Shown one piece after another: positions 55,543-62,087 of a stretch of DNA of 62,087 nt. A program made the translations under genes and the position numbers. Location: assembly GCA_013204385.1 (NCBI GenBank), contig JABMNY010000019.1, positions 1-62,087 of the forward strand. The letters run 5' to 3'. The notes below the pieces were generated by a model. That model saw nothing but the letters and a program-made list of their open reading frames with translations, was not told the origin of the DNA and did not search any database. Numbering within the stretch: the stretch's first letter is position 1; the number at the start of each line of letters is the position of its first letter. The DNA is from Candidatus Uhrbacteria bacterium. GTDB lineage: Bacteria; Patescibacteriota; Patescibacteriia; UBA9934; GWF2-40-263.

Positions 55543-56958
55543 TTAGAAGCTTGCTACTTCGATATCTCCTGTATCAAAGGCGGTGTTTACGGATAGAGGT
55601 TCGCCGAGAGGATGTTCAAGGACTGCTCGTTCTGAAGTCCAAACAACCTGATTCCAATCCCACCCATAGGTATAGAACGTGAGTTCATCTTCGATGTGAC
55701 GTCGCATTCCCTCGGAGACAACAAACACATCAGGGGAGCCTGGAACGGCGATCAATGTTCCATCTTGAAATAAGACGGGGGTCGTTCGCTCAAAGGCGGC
55801 AAGATCTTCAGGGGCCACGGGGGTGACAGCTGTATCTGCAAATCGATTCGTGAGAATTTCACGAGAATAAATAGGGTGCTTTTCAGAGTCCTTTACATAG
55901 AAGATTCCACCCGTTGTGTTGTCTTGTAAGAGAGCCCCTTGCATGTAGGTTGAAGCAATGGTTAGAGGTTCACCTTCTGCGTAAGTCTCGAGGTCCTCCC
56001 AAGTTACATCAACAACTTCATCTGTTGAAAACCCGAGAGAACGGAATGCTTCCGTAGATGTAAACCCACGTCGTGTATCATCCACGATCAAATAAATGGT
56101 GCCCGTTGGAGCTCGTAAGAGGGAATAGTTTGGAAAACTAATAGGGGCTCCGATTGGATAGTTCTCAAGCGTTGAGATACTCACCTGAACCACGATGTTT
56201 GGATTGAATCTGGAGTAAAACGCTGTGCGAGAGGTGATTGGGCGACGCTCACCGTGCTGAATAAGCCAAATACCACCGTCCTCTTTGTTTTGCAAAAGAC
56301 TTCCGCTCACATACTCATACGTAAACCATCGATCCCAGATACGCGCAAAGTTTTCATTCCCGTGTAAGTGAGGAGTGTAGGTGTAAAGTGCGGCGGTTGC
56401 GTTATTCACGGGAGTCACATATGTCCCATCAATCGTTACCTGGATTCCAGGTCCCATTCCTGTTTCCGTGAAACCACGTGATTCAAGATCATCTAAGTAG
56501 GATGTTCGAATCCGCTTTGCCGCATAGTAAATCTGATTTCCAAATCCCTTAAACTTTTGAATACGAGGATCGTCCTTGGAACAATCATCACACACCGCAT
56601 ATCCCATTGCCCAAGCAAGTTGTCTCTCAGAAGGGGAGTCATCCTCCACTAGACTCTGTTCGCGTTGAAGAAGGACTAAGAGAAAGCGAGGACTCAACTC
56701 AAACTCTTGTGCAGCATTAAAGATAATCTCGGCAGCACTACGCTCAACACCATTCACATCAGGTCCACGGTAGCTTGAAAGGCCACCACGAATCAAAAAG
56801 CGCTCTACATCCAAAAGCGACATGCTGTAAATATCCAACATTTCTGCGTCAGAAACAAGATACGCCGGATTTGTATAAAAATCCTCCGAAGCAATAGCAC
56901 CCGCCAAAGGCTCCAAAACAAGAATCAAAGAAATCAATACAAAAAAGACGTGTTTCAT
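55543..56958 (-). CDS. secreted protein: conserved N-terminal helical domain plus four ~60-aa repeats
   Basis: Signal peptide; LLQREQSL..AMGY..GFGNQI..NATAALYTYTPH; repeats G.L......IyLi....Rr.i.s...f. Confidence 0.7.
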   Translation of the reverse strand: MKHVFFVLISLILVLEPLAGAIASEDFYTNPAYLVSDAEMLDIYSMSLLDVERFLIRGGLSSYRGPDVNGVERSAAEIIFNAAQEFELSPRFLLVLLQREQSLVEDDSPSERQLAWAMGYAVCDDCSKDDPRIQKFKGFGNQIYYAAKRIRTSYLDDLESRGFTETGMGPGIQVTIDGTYVTPVNNATAALYTYTPHLHGNENFARIWDRWFTYEYVSGSLLQNKEDGGIWLIQHGERRPITSRTAFYSRFNPNIVVQVSISTLENYPIGAPISFPNYSLLRAPTGTIYLIVDDTRRGFTSTEAFRSLGFSTDEVVDVTWEDLETYAEGEPLTIASTYMQGALLQDNTTGGIFYVKDSEKHPIYSREILTNRFADTAVTPVAPEDLAAFERTTPVLFQDGTLIAVPGSPDVFVVSEGMRRHIEDELTFYTYGWDWNQVVWTSERAVLEHPLGEPLSVNTAFDTGDIEVASF

Positions 56959-57006
56959 AGTGAGAGTATTGTATCAAAATTGAAGGTTTGGAGAAAGAAA
57001 AGTATC

Positions 57007-57150
57007 TTACGGTGTTAGTCGGTTTATAAGTGGGGAGCTTTGAATTCCTGGAACAGGAGGTTTCGGTGGAAAACTCGCATCAGACAAGTTTGAGCAACCT
57101 GCACCAAGAAAAAGAAATAAGGAAAGGAAAAGAAGGGTGAGGTATTTCAT
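57007..57150 (-). CDS. 47-aa putative lipoprotein (not in ORF track)
   Basis: MKYLTLLFLSLFLFLGAGC-SNLSDASFPPKPPVPGIQSSPLINRLTP*; lipobox GAGC. Confidence 0.6.
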   Translation of the reverse strand: MKYLTLLFLSLFLFLGAGCSNLSDASFPPKPPVPGIQSSPLINRLTP

Positions 57151-57234
57151 GAAATTATGTTTGTGAAAAGACTCGTTTCATCGTGAGTACAGTATAGCTA
57201 ATATACCAATATTCGTAATGATAAGTTTTTGAAT

Positions 57235-57266
57235 TAAAAAAGCTGTAAACGGCGTGCGTTTACAGC
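57235..57266 (-). terminator. terminator of SPFH gene
   Basis: GCTGTAAACG-5-CGTTTACAGC with T-run on minus strand. Confidence 0.75.
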
Positions 57267-57287
57267 AGGGGTGGGAGGCGCGTTGCC

Positions 57288-58589
57288 TCAGTTGGCGGGC
57301 TGGTCGAGACCGAAGAGCATCTGGGTGCCCTGGGGCAGGATGGAGGTTGGGGTCTGCCCGTTCCACTTGTTCGCCGCGACGAGTCGCGCCTCGGCGTTCT
57401 TGTTCTCGATCTCGAGCCGGATCTTGGAGCTCCAGGCTTCCTTGGCCCGGGCGAACTCCTCTGCCATCGCGCGCTCGTTCTGTGCGATGCCGAGCAAGCG
57501 TTCGTTCTCCTGCTCCTGCGAGATCTTCTCGTTCTCGCGCTGCTTGATGGCCATCTCAGCCACGTAGGCGTTGTCGATCGACTGCTGGATCTGGGGGTTG
57601 TCGTAGCTCAGGCCGTCGGCGTAGCCCAGGTTGACGATTGAGATGCCGCGCTCACTGAATGCCTTGGAGGCGGTCTCCGCACACTCGGCGAAGATCTTGA
57701 CCTTGGAGTCCTTGCAGCCGGCCTCCAGGACCTGACCCTCATCGCCCAGCTTGGCTTCGAGTGGGAGGTCGCCGAATTTCTGCCCGACGCAGGTCTTGAC
57801 GAAGGAACGGACGTTCTCGTCGACCACTTCGGGAAGTGGCTTGCCGGCGTAGTAGTAGAGGAACTTGGCCGCATTGTCCTCCTCGATCATTGCTGTGATG
57901 GTTGCACCGATCGAGAATCCGATTGAGTCCTTCGACTCCACAGCCAGTGCATCATCCTTGGTCGACGTGCCTGTGGTGGATTCTTCGGTCCACTCACGTG
58001 TGACGGGGGTGCGATCCACCTTCACGACGCGCATGGTGGGAACGTACTTGTATGCCCACCACATGCGACCGGTCGAGACCTGTCGCTGGGGCAGGCTGAC
58101 ACGCTTGGCACCGACCTTGTTCTGGTTGAGGTAGTCCTCGCTCATGAATTTTCCTTGGGCGTCCGTGTTGCCCTCGAGCGGGACCAGGAAGGCGGTCTCG
58201 TTGGTGTCGATCTCCTCGAGGACTTCGACCTTTGCGGGGCCACAGGCGCTCATCGTCAGGACGGAGAGCAGGACCAGCAGGGTACTGACGGAGGCTGGAG
58301 GGAGCTCCCGGAACTTCTTGACCAGGTAGGTGCCCCAGACGATGGCCAGGAGCACGATGAGGCTCCAGATGGCGATGTTGGGGATGAGGTTCCCCGTGGA
58401 GATCTCGCGAGCGGCCGCGTAGGTGGCGGGGTCGTCGCTGAGCTGGCCTACGGCGACGCTTCCTTCCAGGGGGCCGCGGACGGCGTCGTAGATCTTGCTG
58501 AAGATCAGCCACGCCGTGCATGACAGGAAGGTCACGACAGCCCTCCATCCGATCTTGGGGGAGGAGGGGGTTTTGGTCTCGTCACTCAT
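57288..58589 (-). CDS. SPFH/band-7-like membrane protein with extra N-terminal TMs; GC-rich
   Basis: Hydrophobic N-terminus; V.SKDSIGFSIG..ITA; VRSFV; GISIVNLG...L.YDNPQIQQSID; coiled coil; GAGGTG SD. Confidence 0.7.
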   Translation of the reverse strand: MSDETKTPSSPKIGWRAVVTFLSCTAWLIFSKIYDAVRGPLEGSVAVGQLSDDPATYAAAREISTGNLIPNIAIWSLIVLLAIVWGTYLVKKFRELPPASVSTLLVLLSVLTMSACGPAKVEVLEEIDTNETAFLVPLEGNTDAQGKFMSEDYLNQNKVGAKRVSLPQRQVSTGRMWWAYKYVPTMRVVKVDRTPVTREWTEESTTGTSTKDDALAVESKDSIGFSIGATITAMIEEDNAAKFLYYYAGKPLPEVVDENVRSFVKTCVGQKFGDLPLEAKLGDEGQVLEAGCKDSKVKIFAECAETASKAFSERGISIVNLGYADGLSYDNPQIQQSIDNAYVAEMAIKQRENEKISQEQENERLLGIAQNERAMAEEFARAKEAWSSKIRLEIENKNAEARLVAANKWNGQTPTSILPQGTQMLFGLDQPAN

Positions 58590-58638
58590 CAAAGCACCTC
58601 AGTGTGATTTCGCCCAAGCAGAATGCAAGGGACGCAAA

Positions 58639-58667
58639 AAGATATCAAATAGAAGGAATTTTGTCAA
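58639..58667 (-). promoter_or_regulatory. promoter TTGACA-17-TATCTT for SPFH gene
   Basis: Read from sequence. Confidence 0.6.
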
Positions 58668-58771
58668 TGATTGAAGAAAGACATTCATCAGACAATTCCA
58701 AACAAAAATACACCATTCAAGATGATTGATTAAAAGGTTTAATGAAGGAGAATGTGATAAAGTTCTTGTGT

Positions 58772-59137
58772 ATGAACCTATCAAACGACGACTTGCTCCT
58801 CTTAGAGAAACTTGAGGAATCCATGTGGAAGCCTGAGACGAGATTTGATCAGGAATATATGAGAGCAACACTTCATCCTGACTTCTTTGAATTTGGACGA
58901 TCAGGTCGGGTGTATGCTCGGGAAGAAACCCTCTCCGCGCCCATGCAGGAAATCCCTGCTGTGTTCCCATTAAAAAACTTCAGGATTGCGCAGGTCGCCC
59001 CTGAGGTTGTTCTCATTACCTACATCAGCGAAGTGAATTATCCCGAACCAGAAGTCGGTAACCGCAGTTCCATCTGGGTGCACACAGAAGGAACCTGGAA
59101 ACTCCGCTTCCATCAAGGAACGCCAACACAAAGTTAG
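58772..59137 (+). CDS. DUF4440 / NTF2-like protein
   Basis: LHPDFFEFGRSGR, RSSIW...W.LRFHQGT; start moved to MNLSN. Confidence 0.88.
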   Translation: MNLSNDDLLLLEKLEESMWKPETRFDQEYMRATLHPDFFEFGRSGRVYAREETLSAPMQEIPAVFPLKNFRIAQVAPEVVLITYISEVNYPEPEVGNRSSIWVHTEGTWKLRFHQGTPTQS

Positions 59138-59220
59138 AAGGGAAGCGGTAGATTGAAGTAATAAACATGGACGGAAATATAGAATTTCCTTTAATAAACT
59201 TTTAACCTCAACGTACTATT

Positions 59221-59598
59221 ATGAAAACCTATTTAGCAGCAAACATCATCGGTGTCAGTAATGTTGAAAAAGCAAGTGAATGGTTTGCTGATATTTTTGG
59301 TATGGAACTTGTTGAGCTGAAACCCCCTTATTTCTGTGAAATGAAGCTCGGCAATAACTATTTCTTAATTGAAAAACATAGCCCAGAACGTCCTGTAGGC
59401 TTTCAAGATATTCCAACAGGCGTTAGGGTTTCAGCTATCATTGGAGTTGATGATATCAAGACATTCATTGACGAGGCAAAAAGTAAAAGAGTCAAAATTA
59501 TTCATGAACCGGTTCGCCAGTCATGGGGTGGCTGGAACGCAGTTATTCAAGATCCTGACGGAAATGAATTCATCATTGACCAAGATGAATGGGAGTAA
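59221..59598 (+). CDS. VOC/glyoxalase family protein
   Basis: VSNVEKASEWF..IFG, VDDI, QSWGG..A.IQDPDGN. Confidence 0.9.
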   Translation: MKTYLAANIIGVSNVEKASEWFADIFGMELVELKPPYFCEMKLGNNYFLIEKHSPERPVGFQDIPTGVRVSAIIGVDDIKTFIDEAKSKRVKIIHEPVRQSWGGWNAVIQDPDGNEFIIDQDEWE

Positions 59599-59652
59599 GC
59601 GGACGACTTTTAAGTCCAATCTCTTTCTAACACCAATCTTTTTAACATCAAT

Positions 59653-60431
59653 ATGTCTGAATTAGTTAAAAATCCTGGAGCCGACTCTTCAAGCGAACGG
59701 CCCACCCAGGCACAGATTAGGAGAAGCAACAAAGAACATCTCGGAACCGGACTTACGGAAGGAACCGTGCATCGAGTTGATGTTGAGGTATTTGGTGCTG
59801 ATGACAACAGTCGTACAGTCCAAATGGCTGAAAAACATTCGATAATCCAGACATGGATGAAGCCTCCAAACAAGCAGTGATAGCTCACATCTTAAAAGTT
59901 CATAAAGGACTACGTGAACGCGCGCTACCCACAATTGTGACCATGAGAACCGAAAATGGAAAAAATAACATCTTCATGACTGATCTGACTGAACAAGGGA
60001 AAAATGAAGTGGTGAGCTTGCCTGATTGGTTAACAGGTAAAGAGCGAAAAGGTAAATACTCAGAGACTGAACACATGGTAGAGATTGCAAATATTCATGA
60101 GATTTCTGAGAGTCTCGCCATTATCTTTGAGCAAAGCATCGCAACAGGTTGTAAATTTAACTTTGCCGATGTCTTTTTTTTAGTCGTAGATAAAGAAAGT
60201 AAAAGAGGTAAAGTGCTTCTGGGAGATTTAGCGGAAATTGAATTTGTTGATGTAGGTGATATTACAGAACGCGAAACGTTAGCAGACCACAACTACCAAA
60301 CCATCCTCCATTTTGTCAGAGAAATGAGAAGCCATCTTCAGGGGGAAGAAAGATTCAGTATGAATCCAATCCTTGCGAAAAAGAAAGAGTTTAGTGCAAT
60401 GTTCAAATCTATAAAATCTTCCAATGTGTAA
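59653..60431 (+). pseudogene. single protein-kinase-like gene split by a 1-nt frameshift (ORFs 59653..59880 and 59853..60431)
   Basis: One extra A in the A5 run 59831-59835 joins ...QMAEK to TFDNPDMDEASK... Confidence 0.5.
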
Positions 60432-60513
60432 AACGGATTAGGTTCAGTTTCGAAGGGAGATTTTTAATTCTCCATAACTATTCCCAATTTTGCCCCCAAC
60501 CTACCTGAGTGAT

Positions 60514-60573
60514 GGGTTCCCTTATCAGATAAACCACATCTTTGCATAGCTTATCCGAACAAAGTTTGTATAA
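60514..60573 (+). repeat. copy 2 of ~60-nt element shared with 26594..26653
   Basis: TTATCCGAAC-AAA-GTTTGTATAA at 60551-60573; ATCAGATA at 60524-60531. Confidence 0.8.
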
Positions 60574-60663
60574 AATTAAAGGTGTTTTCTCCGCTCCGCT
60601 ACGAAAACGATTTATTTATAATGGGAAAACGAATACAATACAACCAATTAACAGAAAACAGAT

Positions 60664-62087
60664 ATGACAACAAATAATCGAAAGCAACTACATGAAAGAC
60701 TCTGGGCTGCAGCAGAACAGTTACGAGCTAATGGAAGCATGAAACTCAATGAAATCTCTGAACCAATACTTGGCCTAATATTTTTGAAATTTGCTGATGT
60801 ACGATTTAAGCAAACAAAAGAGGAACTTGAAGCTAAACGAAACGAGACACAGGGACGACAAGCTCCACTTACATCTGATCACTATAAGTCAAAAGGTATT
60901 TTGTTTTTGCCTGAAATTGCATCCTATACATATCTAATGAACCTTCCTGAAAGTGCAAACATAGGTAAGGCAATAAATGATGCAATGAAAGAAATCGAAG
61001 AAAAAAACACTGACCTCGCAGGTGTATTACCACAAGATTATACTTCACTTCATAAAACCCCAGGTGAAAACAGCAAAATACTTATAACACTTCTCAAAAA
61101 CTTCAATCAAATCCCTGATGATATAGAAGGTGATGCATTTGGAGAAATTTATGAATACTTTTTGGGTGAGTTTGCTCGATCGGAGGGGGCAAAAGGAGGA
61201 GAGTTTTTCACACCTCAGTCAATCGTTAAGCTTCTCGTGGAAATTATTGAACCTTATCATGGAAAAATCCTTGATCCAGCATGTGGAAGCGGTGGAATGT
61301 TTGTACAGTCTGCAAATTTTGTCAAAGCGCACACCAAAACTGCAAAAATAATGAATGAAATTGCTATTTATGGCCAAGAAAAAGGCAGTAGCAACATCCG
61401 CACAGCAAAAATGAACCTCGCAATTCACGGATTATCTGGAAAAATTTCCGAGGTCAATTCTTTTTATACTGACGATCATAATAGTGTAGGAAGATTTGAT
61501 TTCGTACTCGCTAACCCGCCATTTAACGTGAAGGGGAAAGACAAGAATAAACAAATTGTTATTGATGCAGAAAAAATCAAAGGCGATCCGCGTTATTATC
61601 TTGGTCTACCTGTGACTGGAAAGGGTGAAATATCAAATGCTAACTACCTGTGGATGCAAATGTTTGCCAGTGCCCTAAGCGACAAAGGTCGTGCCGGATT
61701 TGTCATGGCAAATTCCGCCAGTGATGCCGGTAACAAAGAAAAGGAAATCCGCAAACAAATGGTTGATGCCGGAATGGTGGATGTAATTGTTTCGGTTGGT
61801 ACAAACATGTTCATGAACGCAACACTTTCTTGTACGCTTTGGTTTTTTGATAAGAGAAAACACGGAACAGATAGACAAAATAAAGTTCTCTTTATCAATG
61901 CTCAAGATATTTTTACACCAATTGATCGTGCACATAGCGATTGGACAGATGAGCAAATTCAAGAGATTTCATCTATTGTGCGCAGATATAGAGAGGAAGA
62001 AGGAGAAGAGCAATACGAAGATATAAAAGGCAGATGTAAGGTAGCAACACTTGAAGAAATAAAAGAAAATGACTACTCGCTCAATCC
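60664..62087 (+). CDS. hsdM: type I restriction-modification methyltransferase subunit M (partial, runs off window; not in ORF track)
   Basis: LWAAAEQLR, ILGLIFLKF, GEIYEYFLGEFA, GGEFFTP, DPACGSGGMF, NPPFN, ANYLWMQ. Confidence 0.95.
   Translation, partial: MTTNNRKQLHERLWAAAEQLRANGSMKLNEISEPILGLIFLKFADVRFKQTKEELEAKRNETQGRQAPLTSDHYKSKGILFLPEIASYTYLMNLPESANIGKAINDAMKEIEEKNTDLAGVLPQDYTSLHKTPGENSKILITLLKNFNQIPDDIEGDAFGEIYEYFLGEFARSEGAKGGEFFTPQSIVKLLVEIIEPYHGKILDPACGSGGMFVQSANFVKAHTKTAKIMNEIAIYGQEKGSSNIRTAKMNLAIHGLSGKISEVNSFYTDDHNSVGRFDFVLANPPFNVKGKDKNKQIVIDAEKIKGDPRYYLGLPVTGKGEISNANYLWMQMFASALSDKGRAGFVMANSASDAGNKEKEIRKQMVDAGMVDVIVSVGTNMFMNATLSCTLWFFDKRKHGTDRQNKVLFINAQDIFTPIDRAHSDWTDEQIQEISSIVRRYREEEGEEQYEDIKGRCKVATLEEIKENDYSLN

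Noticed and set aside
58700-60660. Integron cassette array
   Set aside because: Gene content is cassette-like, but I found no paired RYYYAAC...GTTRRRY attC structures and no integrase.

Overview
62-kb chromosomal window that looks like a reduced-genome CPR/Patescibacteria (Parcubacteria-type) bacterium. This is inferred from a truncated AlaS, an RpoA with no C-terminal domain, a PriA without helicase motifs, G-x-G-C lipoproteins and a VirD4-like ATPase module. The backbone is housekeeping: folD, rdgB, glyA, murC-murB-hpf, secA, lemA/TPM, secD-secF, uppP, mnmA, era, rlmD, corA, pduL, murJ, alaS, infA-rpmJ-rpsM-rpsK-rpsD-rpoA-rplQ-rplM-rpsI, a Wzx/GT/O-antigen-ligase locus, fmt-def-priA. Three kinds of accessory DNA interrupt it. 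(i) Single genes, mostly ORFans, each with its own TTGAC-17-TAnnnT promoter and GGAGG-type SD, whereas native genes look leaderless. (ii) An AT-rich island (about 26.6-29.75 kb) with an unknown gene, an OLD-family ATPase-TOPRIM nuclease, a RAYT remnant and a palindromic MITE-like element. (iii) A right-end accessory stretch with a GC-rich SPFH gene, DUF4440, VOC, a frameshifted kinase-like gene and a type I HsdM running off the window. The most unexpected signal is a ~60-nt element (hairpin plus 23-bp palindrome TTATCCGAAC-AAA-GTTyrkATAA) present in front of both defence-type loci, 34 kb apart. No rRNA, tRNA or CRISPR array was seen. All family calls come from motif recognition by eye; no database search was run. 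Many start codons were moved downstream of the ORF-track starts.
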